From: an uncultured delta proteobacterium
GTDB taxonomy: Bacteria; Desulfobacterota; Zymogenia; Zymogenales; Zymogenaceae
DNA length: 64,000 nt
Reading direction: 5' to 3'
Assembly: GCA_963792965.1 (NCBI GenBank)
Contig: CAWBYW010000004.1
Coordinates: 192,001 to 256,000 of the forward strand
Shown here piece by piece: positions 29,882-39,941 of this stretch (position 1 is the first letter of the stretch; each line of letters begins with the position of its first letter). A model generated the notes under the pieces. It saw nothing but the letters and a program-made list of their open reading frames with translations, was not told the origin of the DNA and ran no database searches. Made by a program: the position numbers and the translations under genes.

Positions 29882-31843
29882 TTAGATCACCCGGTTCTTG
29901 ATGAGGTCCTCAACGACATGCGGATCGGCCAGTGTCGACGTATCGCCGACCTGATCGGGCTGATTCTCGGCGATCTTGCGGAGAATCCTGCGCATGATCT
30001 TGCCGGATCTCGTTTTCGGCAGGCCGTCTGCGAACTGGAGCTTGTCCGGTGTCGCGATGGGGCCGATGAGCTTCCTGACGTGATTGACCAGCTCCTTCTT
30101 GAGCTCTTCTGACTTCGGCACGCCGGAGTTAAGGGTTACGTAGGCATAGATGCCCTGGCCCTTGATGTCATGAGGGAACCCGACGACCGCGGCCTCGGCC
30201 ACCTGGGGATGGGCCACGAGGGCGCTTTCGACCTCGGCGGTGCCCATGCGGTGACCGGAGACGTTGATGACGTCGTCGACGCGGCCCGTGATCCAGTAGT
30301 AGCCGTCCGCGTCGCGGCGCGCGCCGTCACCGGTGAAATAGTAGCCGGGGAACTGCACGAAGTAGGTCTCTTTGTGGCGCTTGGGGTCGCCGTAGACGCC
30401 CCTCATCTGGCCGGGCCACGACTGCTTGATGCACAGTGCGCCCTCGCCGGGGCCCTGGATCTCCTTGCCGTTGGCATCCACCAGGCACGGCACCACGCCG
30501 AAGAAGGGGAGGGTGGCGCTGCCCGGCTTGGTCGGCCAGGCGCCCGGCAGCGGCGTGATCAGGATGCCGCCCGTCTCGGTCTGCCACCAGGTATCAACGA
30601 TGGGGCACTTCCCCTTGCCGATATTGTCATGGTACCAGCCCCACGCCTCGGGGTTGATCGGCTCGCCGACGGAGCCCAGAAGCTGCAGGCTGGACAGATT
30701 ATGCTTCTTGACCCAGTCGAGGCCTTCCTTTGCGATGGCGCGGATGGCCGTGGGGGCGGTGTAGATGATGTTGACTTTGTACTTGTCGACGACGTCCCAG
30801 AAGCGGCCCCAGTCCGGATAGGTCGGAACGCCCTCGAACATGATGGAGGTGGCGCCGTTGGCCAGCGGCCCGTAGACGATGTAGGAGTGGCCGGTGACCC
30901 AGCCGATGTCGGCCGTGCACCAGTACATGTCGCCGTCGTGATAGTCGAAGATCATCTTATGGGAGTAGGAGACGTAGACCATATAGCCGCCCGTGGTGTG
31001 CATGACGCCCTTGGGCTTGCCGGTGGAGCCGGAGGTGTAGAGGATGAAGAGAGGATCTTCGGCGTCCATCTCCTCGCAGGGGCAGTCGGCGCTGGCTTTA
31101 GCCATGAGGTCTTCCCACCAGATGTCACGCCCTTCCTTCCATGTGCACTTAATCTTGTCGCCGACACGCTTTGCCACGACGACCTTCTCGATCGAGGTTC
31201 CCTCGACGGCCTTATCGGCGTTGTCCTTCTGGGGGACCGCCTTGGCGCCGCGGAAGGTGCCGTCGCAGGTTACCAGGACCTTGGACTTGCAGTCGAGTAT
31301 CCGGTCTCTCAACGCGTCTGCGGAGAAGCCGCCGAAGACGATGCTGTGGATGGCGCCGATGCGGGCACACGCCAACAGCGAGATGGCCAGCTGCGGGATC
31401 ATGGGGAGATAAAGGGTAACACGATCGCCCTTCTTGACTCCGAGGCTCTTGAGGACGTTTGCGAACTTGCTGACCTCGGTATGCAGCTCTTTGTAGGTGT
31501 ACTTCCACGATTCGTTCGGATCGTTCCCTTCGGCGATCAGGGCGACCTGGTTTTCTCTCTTGGTGCCGAGGTGCCTGTCAAGACAGTTGTAGCAGGCGTT
31601 GAGCTTTCCGCCGATGAACCACTTGATCTGAGCCTCTTTGTAGTTCTCCTCGTTTACCTTCGTCCATTTTTTGTACCAGGTAATCTGCTCTTCGGCGACC
31701 TTTCCCCAGAATGCCTCAGGGTTCTTTACGGACTCGTCCCACATCTTCTGGTATTGTTCCCTGCTCTTGATGTAGGCCTTTGCCGTGAAATCCTTAGGCG
31801 GCGCGAAGGTCTTCCCTTCGAATGCGCTTTTCTCATCTGCCAT
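29882..31843 (-). CDS. acs: Acetate-CoA ligase (AMP-forming acetyl-CoA synthetase)
   Basis: [46 protein letters not shown]. Confidence 0.97.
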   Translation of the reverse strand: MADEKSAFEGKTFAPPKDFTAKAYIKSREQYQKMWDESVKNPEAFWGKVAEEQITWYKKWTKVNEENYKEAQIKWFIGGKLNACYNCLDRHLGTKRENQVALIAEGNDPNESWKYTYKELHTEVSKFANVLKSLGVKKGDRVTLYLPMIPQLAISLLACARIGAIHSIVFGGFSADALRDRILDCKSKVLVTCDGTFRGAKAVPQKDNADKAVEGTSIEKVVVAKRVGDKIKCTWKEGRDIWWEDLMAKASADCPCEEMDAEDPLFILYTSGSTGKPKGVMHTTGGYMVYVSYSHKMIFDYHDGDMYWCTADIGWVTGHSYIVYGPLANGATSIMFEGVPTYPDWGRFWDVVDKYKVNIIYTAPTAIRAIAKEGLDWVKKHNLSSLQLLGSVGEPINPEAWGWYHDNIGKGKCPIVDTWWQTETGGILITPLPGAWPTKPGSATLPFFGVVPCLVDANGKEIQGPGEGALCIKQSWPGQMRGVYGDPKRHKETYFVQFPGYYFTGDGARRDADGYYWITGRVDDVINVSGHRMGTAEVESALVAHPQVAEAAVVGFPHDIKGQGIYAYVTLNSGVPKSEELKKELVNHVRKLIGPIATPDKLQFADGLPKTRSGKIMRRILRKIAENQPDQVGDTSTLADPHVVEDLIKNRVI

Positions 31844-31955
31844 ATCGTAAACCTCCGTGATAGTAAATCGCTGTCACTCTGTTTAATGATTATTGTTCAA
31901 AACCGATCTGTTCGGTTTCTATCCACGCAATGCGAGCATATTATAAATCCGAAAA

Positions 31956-31985
31956 ACTATACCTTAGAGATCAATTCAATGTCAA
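31956..31985 (-). promoter_or_regulatory. sigma70-type promoter of acs
   Basis: Minus strand TTGACA-18 nt-TATAGT. Confidence 0.6.
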
Positions 31986-31991
31986 GAAAAA

Positions 31992-32011
31992 AATGAATGA
32001 CAATTCATTCG
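31992..32011. promoter_or_regulatory. Palindromic TetR-type (FadR-like) operator upstream of acs
   Basis: TGAATGACAATTCATTCG, a few nt upstream of the acs -35 element. Confidence 0.5.
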
Positions 32012-32314
32012 GAACTGCCGCTCGGGTGAGGCTTCGTCTTCCGTCGGGCCCCGACGAAGCCCAGGCCCTTTTGAAACCAGCATGAGGGGCGCACACGAGC
32101 GTACGGAAAGCGTAGGACGGTATTGATGCTCAGTGACGGGGTCAGGCGGAAATCTGCTCATCGCTGGAGAACATCGCACCATCGGTTCCGCTCTGAGACG
32201 ACATATATGATCACTCTTTAAGATAATCTTCTTTCGTGACTACGCTGTTTTCCCTTTTCCTCTTCGAGGAGGAGGGCGCTTTCTTTCGGTTTCGCAAGAC
32301 GTGCGAGGTCTGCG

Positions 32315-33152
32315 TTAGAGGCTTTCCAGTCTTTTCTTTGCGGTTTCCGCCTGTGGTTCCTTTGGGTACTTCTTGACAAGTTCTTTGAGTATCGTCTTGG
32401 CCGAGGTCTTGTCGCCGAGCTCGAGGAACGCGTACCCCTCTTTCAGCATCGCAGCGGGGACTTTGTCGGCCGTCGGGTACTTCTTGATGACGGTGTCGTA
32501 TTCGAGGATAGCCCGATCATAATCTCCCCGGGCATAGTAGCTCTCGGCGATCCAGAACTGGGCGTTGTCGGCCAGCGATGAGGTGGGATTGGCCGAGATG
32601 AAGCTCCCGAAGTCCTTAACGGCGCCCTCATAGTCCTTGTCCTGGTACTTCTTATATGCGGTCATGTAAAGATCGTCGGTCGTCTTTTCGTTCTCGGGCT
32701 GTCCAGGCACTTCCTTGCCCGATGGCGCTCGCCGTCGGCTCCGCCGTCTTGCCGGGGCTTGTGTCGGGAGCGATTGTCTCTGACGGTGACGTTATTGCGA
32801 GTTTTTTTTCTATGGCGTCGAGACGCTGTTCCAGCGCCAGGAGTCTCGTCTCGATATCGGCCACGTTGCGGTTAACGGCATCCTTGAGAATGGCAAGCTC
32901 TTCTTGCTGCTGCTCGAGCTGGTATTCTTTCTCCTCATACGTGCCGCGGAGCGCTTTTACTTCCTCCATGACCGAGTCATAGTTCGCCCCGGTGGCGGCC
33001 TTCGTGTCCATCGAGGTTTTCTTGAGGATGTCCACGTCATCCTTCAGCACGGTAATCTGACTCTGAAGATCTTTTATGTTCTGTGTCGTTGCGCAGCTTG
33101 CGGCGATGAGCGAAAAAAAGACCAGCGTTAAGAGTCCTCTCATCCGCGTCAC
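32315..33152 (-). CDS. cpoB: Tol-Pal protein CpoB/YbgF (frameshift near 32725)
   Basis: Lipobox-like LIAASC, coiled coil, then TPR with LADNAQFWIAESYY and KVPAAMLK.G. Confidence 0.88.
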
Positions 33153-33286
33153 GACGACCCCCTTAAAAGATGTTGTGGTGGGAGATCACGCCGATGTCGA
33201 TCGGCGCGATTGATGCCCCTTATTATATCGGCAACGGCCTTATCCATCAAGACAAAAAAAGGTCCATGAAAGTTCGATAATCATGG

Positions 33287-33315
33287 TTGACAACGGTTCT
33301 GTCGTCGGTTACTAT
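33287..33315 (+). promoter_or_regulatory. sigma70-type promoter of the ECF sigma cluster
   Basis: TTGACA-17 nt-TACTAT. Confidence 0.55.
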
Positions 33316-33352
33316 TGAAAAATTGAAACGATTTTCCTGATCTCACATCTAT

Positions 33353-33958
33353 ATGAATGATTACAAGATAATGACCGACGAGGCGCTCGTAAAAAGGGCG
33401 CAGGAAAAAGATTACGGCGCTTTCGAAGAATTAGTCAAGCGCTACGAAGGGAAGATTTACGGCCACAGCCTGAGGCTTCTGGGGAACCGTGAAGATGCAG
33501 AGGATGCACTTCAGGAGACTTTTCTCAATGCCTTTCGTGCACTTTCGAATTTTCGGGGGGATTCAACTTTCTCAACGTGGATTTATCGCATAGCCACCAA
33601 TAACGCGCTCATGCGGATCAGGAAGTCGTCGCGCGGCCAGCGGGAGCTCGACGATGAGCTGCCGCCGCCGGAATCGATGAAGAAGCAGGCGCTGGCAAGC
33701 CACATTCTGAGTCCCAAGGATGCGATCCTCGAAAAGGAGGTCATCCAAGAGCTGGATAAGGCGGTGGAGCGGCTTCCGGAAAAATATCGGTCGATCTTTC
33801 TCCTCAGGGACGTAGAAGAGTTCTCGACCGAAAAAACGGCCGAGATCCTCGGCATATCGGAGGCGGCGGTTAAATCGCGGCTCCATAGGGCGCGCCTTTT
33901 CCTCAGGGAGGCGCTCCTTCGAAAATTCGAGGGGAACGTTGGCTCGGATTTTGACTAA
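33353..33958 (+). CDS. ECF sigma-70 factor
   Basis: DAEDALQETF, FRGDSTFSTWIYRIATN, LPEKYR...EAAVKSRLHRAR. Confidence 0.95.
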   Translation: MNDYKIMTDEALVKRAQEKDYGAFEELVKRYEGKIYGHSLRLLGNREDAEDALQETFLNAFRALSNFRGDSTFSTWIYRIATNNALMRIRKSSRGQRELDDELPPPESMKKQALASHILSPKDAILEKEVIQELDKAVERLPEKYRSIFLLRDVEEFSTEKTAEILGISEAAVKSRLHRARLFLREALLRKFEGNVGSDFD

Positions 33959-34025
33959 TGGTCATAATCGCAGGGCGGGCATCGTTGACGGGCTATAGTA
34001 TCACAAGGTAATGGGTGAACAGATC

Positions 34026-34286
34026 ATGTCTGAACATCATGAGTGCGACGACTGCAAGAAGATATTCGAGAGGCTTTCGGAGTATATTGACAAGGAACTG
34101 GATCAGGAAGAATGCATTGTCTTCGAACAGCACATGAAAGACTGTAAGCCGTGCCTCGAGTTCCTCGAGAGTCTCAATTACACCGTGCGGCTTTCCCGAC
34201 ATATCGATTCCCAGGAAACCTACCGGTTACCCCGAGACGTCAGCGTTAAGCTTCACGATTTCCTGAAAAAAGAGTGTAAGGTCTAA
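34026..34286 (+). CDS. Soluble zinc-binding (ZAS/zf-HC2) anti-sigma factor
   Basis: C....LSEYIDKEL...HMKDCKPC (HxxxCxxC); no TM helix; follows the ECF sigma. Confidence 0.9.
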   Translation: MSEHHECDDCKKIFERLSEYIDKELDQEECIVFEQHMKDCKPCLEFLESLNYTVRLSRHIDSQETYRLPRDVSVKLHDFLKKECKV

Positions 34287-34414
34287 GCATCCGTTCCGGC
34301 CTCTCGGGCCGGTGAATCCGCTATTCCCGCACACCTGGCGGCGGCCGCCGGATTGGCTCCGGCCTGGGACATGCCGAAAGAAAAGATGTAACGAATCTGT
34401 AAGGGTTTTTACCG

Positions 34415-35383
34415 ATGGTTGAGCCGAAATACGATGTGGTCATTATCGGGGCGGGTCCCGCGGGACTCTCGGCCGGGCTCTATGCCGCACGGGGAGGCCT
34501 GTCGACCGTTGTCCTTGAACGGATGTCCTTGGGAGGGCATGCCGCGTTGACCGATCTCATCGAGAACTACCCCGGGTTCCCTCAGGGGATCGTGGGACCG
34601 GAGCTTACCGCCAACATGGAGGCTCAGGCCAGGGAGTTCGGGGCGGCCTTCAAAACGGTTGGCGAGGTAAGCCGAATCGAGATCCGCGACGGAGCGTTCA
34701 CGGTCAGTGCCGGAGACGAGACGTTTGCCTCGAAGGCGGTCATCGTGGCATCAGGCGCCGACCAAACAAGGCTGGGCGTTCCCGGGGAGGAGCGACTGAT
34801 CGGCAGGGGCGTGAGCTACTGCGCCGTCTGCGACGGGGCCTTCTTCAAGGACGTGGACGTGGCGGTCGTCGGGGGAGGAAACTCCGCCGTCGAGGAATCC
34901 CTCTATCTGACGCGGTACGCCAAGAAGGTATTTCTTATCCACCGGCGGGACCGCTTCCGGGCCGACAAGATCCTCATCGACCGGGCGCTCGGCCACCCGA
35001 AGATCGAGATCATCCTTTCCAGCGTGATCGAGGAGATCATAGGTGAAAACGGGGTGAAATCGGCGAGGATCAAGAACGTTCAGACCAACGAGACAAAAAT
35101 CCTTCCCGTCGAGGGGATCTTTATCTATGCCGGCTTTAAGCCGAACACCGATTTCCTGGCGGGGATGGTGGCGCTCGACGGAGTTGGTTGCATCGTGACC
35201 GACGCCGAGATGGCGACGAACGTCCCCGGGCTTTTCGCAGCCGGAGACGTTCGGTCAAAGAACCTGCGTCAAGTCGTCACGGCTGCGGGCGACGGCGCGA
35301 CCGCCGCCTTTTCGGCCGAGAAGTATATCGAGAAGATCGAAAACCGCGACTATGGTGCATTTAAATCAAAACAGCAAAGGTGA
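34415..35383 (+). CDS. trxB: Thioredoxin-disulfide reductase
   Basis: GAGPAG, IENYPGF, GVSYCAVCDG, GGGNSA, FAAGDV. Confidence 0.96.
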   Translation: MVEPKYDVVIIGAGPAGLSAGLYAARGGLSTVVLERMSLGGHAALTDLIENYPGFPQGIVGPELTANMEAQAREFGAAFKTVGEVSRIEIRDGAFTVSAGDETFASKAVIVASGADQTRLGVPGEERLIGRGVSYCAVCDGAFFKDVDVAVVGGGNSAVEESLYLTRYAKKVFLIHRRDRFRADKILIDRALGHPKIEIILSSVIEEIIGENGVKSARIKNVQTNETKILPVEGIFIYAGFKPNTDFLAGMVALDGVGCIVTDAEMATNVPGLFAAGDVRSKNLRQVVTAAGDGATAAFSAEKYIEKIENRDYGAFKSKQQR

Positions 35384-35391
35384 GACAATCT

Positions 35392-35604
35392 ATGCCGATC
35401 TACGAATATCGCTGTAAAGCCTGCAAGAAAGTATTTGAGGTGATTCAGAAGGCGGGCGAGGGGTCCGACGACGTGAGTTGTCCTTCGTGCTGAGCGAAAG
35501 ATCCCGAGAAATTGATATCGTCCTGTTGTGCTCCCTCGTCAGGCACGAAGGAAGGTACACCGAGTGCGCCGTCCTGCGGCTCGCGAAGGTTCTCCTGACG
35601 GTAG
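35392..35604 (+). CDS. FmdB-family zinc-ribbon protein, putative selenoprotein (two in-frame TGA codons)
   Basis: Manual translation MPIYEYRCKACKKVFEV...CPSC[TGA]AKDPEKLISSCC...SCGSRRFS[TGA]R-TAG; absent from the ORF track. Confidence 0.8.
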
Positions 35605-35608
35605 GTGC

Positions 35609-35627
35609 GCTTCTGAGGCTCAGAAGC
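35609..35627 (+). promoter_or_regulatory. Candidate bacterial SECIS hairpin
   Basis: GCTTCTGA-GGC-TCAGAAGC; G-starting apical loop 18 nt after the TGA at 35596-35598; no U-tract. Confidence 0.55.
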
Positions 35628-35911
35628 AAGATCTTATCTTAAGAATATGTGGACTGCGTACGCGTCGCACATCTGATTTGTCAAGAAAGGTATCACGCCG
35701 AAGCCCCCGCCCCATCCCGCCCAGTTTCCAGGCCGACTTCCGCGCGCGCGTCCTCACATCCGCGGCAACGCCCGTTGCTTATCCCGGGTAGACGCTCAGG
35801 TCGCGGGCCGTCTTTCCGAGCTCACCGCGCAATAATCAACGATACGTCCGATGCAGGCAAGATGCCGGGACTGGCGGCCCTTTGGGGCCGCGCAAGGAGA
35901 AAGACGGCCGT

Positions 35912-36319
35912 CTACTGCTTCCGGTCTGCGGAGTCAAGCCAGTTGTCTGCTTCCTCCACCGTATTGAACTGCCTCATTTTCTCTTCCATGTGTGCTTCCC
36001 TCAAGACCCGTGATCCGGCGATCTTCAGAATGGCCTGATCGATCACCTGCGCCTGGCATTTCATGCCGGCATTCTCCACAGCTTTGAGGTTTTCCATGTG
36101 GAGGTCTATAACATCGGCCGGGGGTGTTTTCATCTCCCGCATGTCGAGCAAAACCGTAAAGCCCGGCAGCAGCATATCAAGACACTTCCTGTTATCGATC
36201 CTGTAGTCCGGGACAACCGATACATCTTTCCAGAAACCGCGAAATGTCCAATACATTCTGTTCCTGCCCTTGTCCACGTACGCGTCGTAATATTCGTTTT
36301 CGGCTACCATTTGTTTCAT
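35912..36319 (-). CDS. Hypothetical protein (possibly STAS/SpoIIAA-like)
   Basis: RBS AGGAG; GFTVLLDMRE and C-terminal F...EEA..WL pattern. Confidence 0.65.
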   Translation of the reverse strand: MKQMVAENEYYDAYVDKGRNRMYWTFRGFWKDVSVVPDYRIDNRKCLDMLLPGFTVLLDMREMKTPPADVIDLHMENLKAVENAGMKCQAQVIDQAILKIAGSRVLREAHMEEKMRQFNTVEEADNWLDSADRKQ

Positions 36320-36844
36320 GAGATGCTCCTTTAGCTATATTGAGTTATATAGAAGTATGGGTGAGAATATCCTAAAGCAAAAGCTGTGCTTATTGTCAGG
36401 CCTCGGTCATCCTTAATTGTTCAACGATTACGGGTAAATAGGCCGACAGGGATTACCTAATACAGTTCGGCGCGGCACAGTCCGTGGCTTTTGCGGCATA
36501 TGATCGATGAGTATATCGCTATTTCTCAATAATAACGGTACGTTACGGAATATGCGAGAAAGCGGGCACCGCTGAAAAAAAGTATGCACGGTAGATACCC
36601 CGACGGATGGTCTCTTCATTTTCGCGTGTAACAGGCGCGGCGCGGGAGCGAGAGAGCGATTTTGGCAGAGGAAAACATCGGCGTCTTTCCGTGGCCGCCT
36701 GATTCTTTCTTAGGCGCGGGAAGGCAGGCCGGTTGGTTACAAGGGATGGGACTCTGCCGTGTATCAAAAAGATGTTGAACAGATGGCTGCACTATGATAT
36801 GAAATATCTTTGTACTTTTCGGCTAAATTTGTGGAGTTTTGCCA

Positions 36845-38173
36845 ATGAAGATCGCGGTTATCGGGATGGGATACGTAGGGATACCCTGTGCGGCGCTCCT
36901 TGCCGATGTGGACGGTTTTGACGTCACGGGCGTCCAGAGGCGATCACCTCGGAGCGGCTGGAAGATCGACGCTATCAACGCGGGCCGCTCCCCCATCGAG
37001 GGGGACGAGCCCGGCCTCGAGGATCTGATCGCCAAGGTGGTGAAGAAGGGGACGTTTCGCGTGACGGATGATTTTTCGGCGCTCAAAGACATGGACACGA
37101 TCCTCATCGACGTGCAGACCCCCACCGACGGCACGGGCCACGAGCCGCAGTACCTTTCCCTCAAGGAGGTCGCGCGCGAGATCGGGACGTATATCAGAAA
37201 GGGCGTGCTCATCATCACGGAGTCGACGGTCGCCCCTGGAACCACGGAAAACGTCGTAAAACCGATCCTTGAAAGAAAGTCAGGGCTGACCGCCGGCAAG
37301 GACTTCGGACTTGCCTACTCCTATGAGCGTGTCATGCCGGGAAAACTTCTCGAATACATCGTGAACCTTCCGCGGATAGTCGGCGGTATCGATAGGGAAA
37401 GCGAAAGAAGGGCACGTGAGCTCTACGCGACCATCGTCAAGGCTTCGATCCATACGACCGATGTGTTGACCGCGGAGACGACAAAAACCATCGAAAACGC
37501 GTACCGGGATGTGAACATCGCCTTTTCAAACGAGATGGCCCTCATCTGCGAAAGCCTCGGTATCGACGTCTTCGAGGTGCAGCGGCTCATCAACACCCGC
37601 GCGGAGCGGATGATGCACTTCCCGGGGGCCGGCGTCGGCGGCCACTGTCTCCCGAAGGATACGTGGCTGCTCCTGTACGGCCTCAACACATACGGCAAGA
37701 AAAAGGTCAAGACGCATTTCGTGGAGCTGGCCCGCAGCATCAACGAGTCGATGCCGCACCATCTTGTGGATCTCCTCACCGAGTGCCTCAAGGCAAAGGG
37801 GAAGATCTACCCCGATGTTAAGGTTCTCGTCTTAGGGGTGGCCTACCTCGAAAATTCCGACGACACCCGAAACACCCCGGCCTATGACCTTGTAGCCGCG
37901 CTTTCGGCCCACGGTGCCGATATTATCGCGCACGATCCCTTTGTTCGGGAGTTTCCCGAAGCGGAGCTGACCAAGGACCTCATGGGGGGCGCCAAAGGGG
38001 CCGATGCCCTTGTGATCGTAACCAAACACAAAGAGTACTACGGCATGGATCTGGGCGCGCTGCGAAAGCTAATGCGCACGCCCATCATCATAGACGGGAG
38101 GGACGTGGTCGATCCGAAAAAGGCCGCGGCGGCGGGGTTCCTCTACAAAGGCATCGGCAAGGGAAACGCCTGA
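36845..38173 (+). CDS. UDP-sugar (UDP-GlcNAc/ManNAc-type) dehydrogenase
   Basis: GMGYVG, ESTVAPGTT, K..ENAYRDVNIAF.NE, GVGGHCLPKD. Confidence 0.93.
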   Translation: MKIAVIGMGYVGIPCAALLADVDGFDVTGVQRRSPRSGWKIDAINAGRSPIEGDEPGLEDLIAKVVKKGTFRVTDDFSALKDMDTILIDVQTPTDGTGHEPQYLSLKEVAREIGTYIRKGVLIITESTVAPGTTENVVKPILERKSGLTAGKDFGLAYSYERVMPGKLLEYIVNLPRIVGGIDRESERRARELYATIVKASIHTTDVLTAETTKTIENAYRDVNIAFSNEMALICESLGIDVFEVQRLINTRAERMMHFPGAGVGGHCLPKDTWLLLYGLNTYGKKKVKTHFVELARSINESMPHHLVDLLTECLKAKGKIYPDVKVLVLGVAYLENSDDTRNTPAYDLVAALSAHGADIIAHDPFVREFPEAELTKDLMGGAKGADALVIVTKHKEYYGMDLGALRKLMRTPIIIDGRDVVDPKKAAAAGFLYKGIGKGNA

Positions 38174-38442
38174 CAGCGAGGATCGTTACATCAGTGTGGT
38201 GGTCGACCCCGAGGGAGAGTTCGTCGACGACAAGGGAGATAACCGGGAGGGGGCTTGGGTAGTGGTAAGGTAATCAGGAAATGATCAAATATTAAAAGTT
38301 CTTAATCTACATTTTTTCCCTTGAAATAACGGGGGTGCGGTGATATAAACAGAAATCTGTTGTAGACCGCATGCTTGGATGCGGTCTTGGGTTTTTGGGC
38401 TAACAAGAACTGGGAAAGAATAAAAAAAGGAAGGAGTATTTA

Positions 38443-38955
38443 ATGAAGAGAATCAGCTTTTTGGTTGCGATCCTCGTCGTTCTCTTTTTCTCGCTGTCCC
38501 TCTACGCAGCGGAAACAAAGGTAGGCGTGCTGGATCTTATGAAAGTCATTGACCTTTCCACGCAGGGCAAGAAGGCAAAAGACGAGATGAACGCGAAGAT
38601 CAAGGCCGCCGAGAACCAGGTAAAATCGAAACAGGACGAGCTTCTCAAGATGAAGGCCGACGTCGAAAAACAGGCGCCTATGCTTTCAGCCACCGCCCTG
38701 GCCGAAAAGAAGAGAGCATATGAAGATAAGCTCTTGGCATTCCAGAGGATGGTCCAGGATTATGAATACGAACTGCAGCAGAAAGACTTCGAGCTCGCGC
38801 AGATCATCTTGACTCAGACCAAGGATATCATCGACAAGATCGGTAAGGAAGACGGATACACGATTATCCTTGAGAGAACCAACTCGGCCGTACTTTATTT
38901 CCCGGCCAGCGCCGATATTACCGATAAAGTCATCAAGGCACTCAACGCCAAGTAA
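38443..38955 (+). CDS. skp: OmpH/Skp periplasmic chaperone
   Basis: Signal peptide, KVGVLD, coiled coil, GYTIIL, DITDKVI. Confidence 0.92.
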   Translation: MKRISFLVAILVVLFFSLSLYAAETKVGVLDLMKVIDLSTQGKKAKDEMNAKIKAAENQVKSKQDELLKMKADVEKQAPMLSATALAEKKRAYEDKLLAFQRMVQDYEYELQQKDFELAQIILTQTKDIIDKIGKEDGYTIILERTNSAVLYFPASADITDKVIKALNAK

Positions 38956-38977
38956 TCGGCCTCACGTAATAGAGCGT

Positions 38978-39009
38978 AAAAAACCCGCCCCTTCGGGACG
39001 GGTTTTTTT
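38978..39009. terminator. Bidirectional intrinsic terminator
   Basis: AAAAAACCCGCCCC-TTC-GGGACGGGTTTTTTT between convergent skp and pilin genes. Confidence 0.85.
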
Positions 39010-39122
39010 ATTGTAATGATGACACGGGGCGAATTAGCTTGGTTCATCGTTGACGGGCGGCGCCATGCGGTCGGCTGTGTCGAGGCGGGAGGCGATCCAT
39101 CGCGGATACGGCGGCATTTTCG

Positions 39123-39554
39123 CTACTTGCAGGTAAACGGATAGGGTTGGAATTCGTGGGTGAGGTCGTTATATATGTTCCAGGCTTCCCTGCTGCAGTC
39201 CGTCACCACCCAGATATCATCGATGCCGTCGTGATTCAGATCGGCCGAGCAGCTGGCCGTGAAGTGAAAACTGTCTCCGGAGATATTGAGATACCAATTC
39301 TTGTAATATTTCGGCTCGGACGCGGGGGAAAAGCTGATCTGATGAAAGTTACTGGCATATACCGAATGTTCCCCGAAATAGGCGAGCTCACTTTCATAAA
39401 CGCCGGTAAGGAGGACGCGTGCCTCGGTCTGGCGGGACTTGTTCTGATAGGTGAGGTAATTCGGAATGGCTATCGCGGCAAGTATCGCCACGATAGCAAC
39501 GACAATCATCAATTCGATAAGGGTAAAGCCGGATTCTTTAGTATCTTTTTCCAT
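39123..39554 (-). CDS. pilA: Type IVa pilin
   Basis: Short leader MEKDTKESG|[24 protein letters not shown] with E5 and P22. Confidence 0.85.
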   Translation of the reverse strand: MEKDTKESGFTLIELMIVVAIVAILAAIAIPNYLTYQNKSRQTEARVLLTGVYESELAYFGEHSVYASNFHQISFSPASEPKYYKNWYLNISGDSFHFTASCSADLNHDGIDDIWVVTDCSREAWNIYNDLTHEFQPYPFTCK

Positions 39555-39590
39555 AGCGCTTCTTGTGGTAAGGTAACAGGAATATTTAAA

Positions 39591-39606
39591 AGCAAATAGC
39601 ATGCCA
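39591..39606 (-). promoter_or_regulatory. sigma54 (-24/-12) promoter of the pilin gene
   Basis: TGGCATGCTATTTGCT versus consensus TGGCACG-N4-TTGCW, 36 nt upstream of the ATG. Confidence 0.8.
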
Positions 39607-39792
39607 TGGCGCCGCGCTCCATGATTTGAAGTCGCTGTCTAAGAACCTATGATTATTGTATTTATCGGACGACATCACTCTCATCTTTTCAGGAAACGGA
39701 AGAGATGTTTATAGAATTGATGAATTGTAAATAGGTTTGCAATTCTGCAAATTATGTCCGAGAGTGCCGGTTCTTGCGACTGAAAAAAAGTC

Positions 39793-39821
39793 TTGACAAG
39801 TCTTTTCACTCTCTGTATAGT
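39793..39821 (+). promoter_or_regulatory. sigma70 promoter of the trp leader/trpB2
   Basis: TTGACA-17 nt-TATAGT. Confidence 0.75.
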
Positions 39822-39848
39822 GAGGACAAAGTGGGGTTAATATTAATA

Positions 39849-39929
39849 ATGATAAGTGAGATCGAAAGAACGCAGCGGAAGAATTGGGTGTGGCGCACGC
39901 ACATAGGTGCTTTGGTCCGCCCGGTGTAA
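39849..39929 (+). CDS. trpL: Trp attenuator leader peptide
   Basis: MISEIERTQRKNWVWRTHIGALVRPV*, with two TGG codons; precedes terminator hairpins and trpB2. Confidence 0.75.
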   Translation: MISEIERTQRKNWVWRTHIGALVRPV

Positions 39930-39941
39930 AATAGAACGATC

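Noticed and set aside
30230-31100. Central acs region appears to favour CTG/GGC/CGC codons more than its neighbours (possible mosaic)
   Set aside because: Impression only; high-expression codon bias explains it equally well, and it needs a codon-usage calculation
36320-36840. Long AT-richer intergenic region, checked for small RNA, tRNA or IS ends
   Set aside because: No cloverleaf, terminal inverted repeats or credible ORF seen; consistent with divergent promoters
38364-38387. Hairpin AGACCGCAT-N6-ATGCGGTCT in the skp 5' leader
   Set aside because: A single hairpin without a clean U-tract or a recognisable riboswitch; probably a stabilising 5' stem
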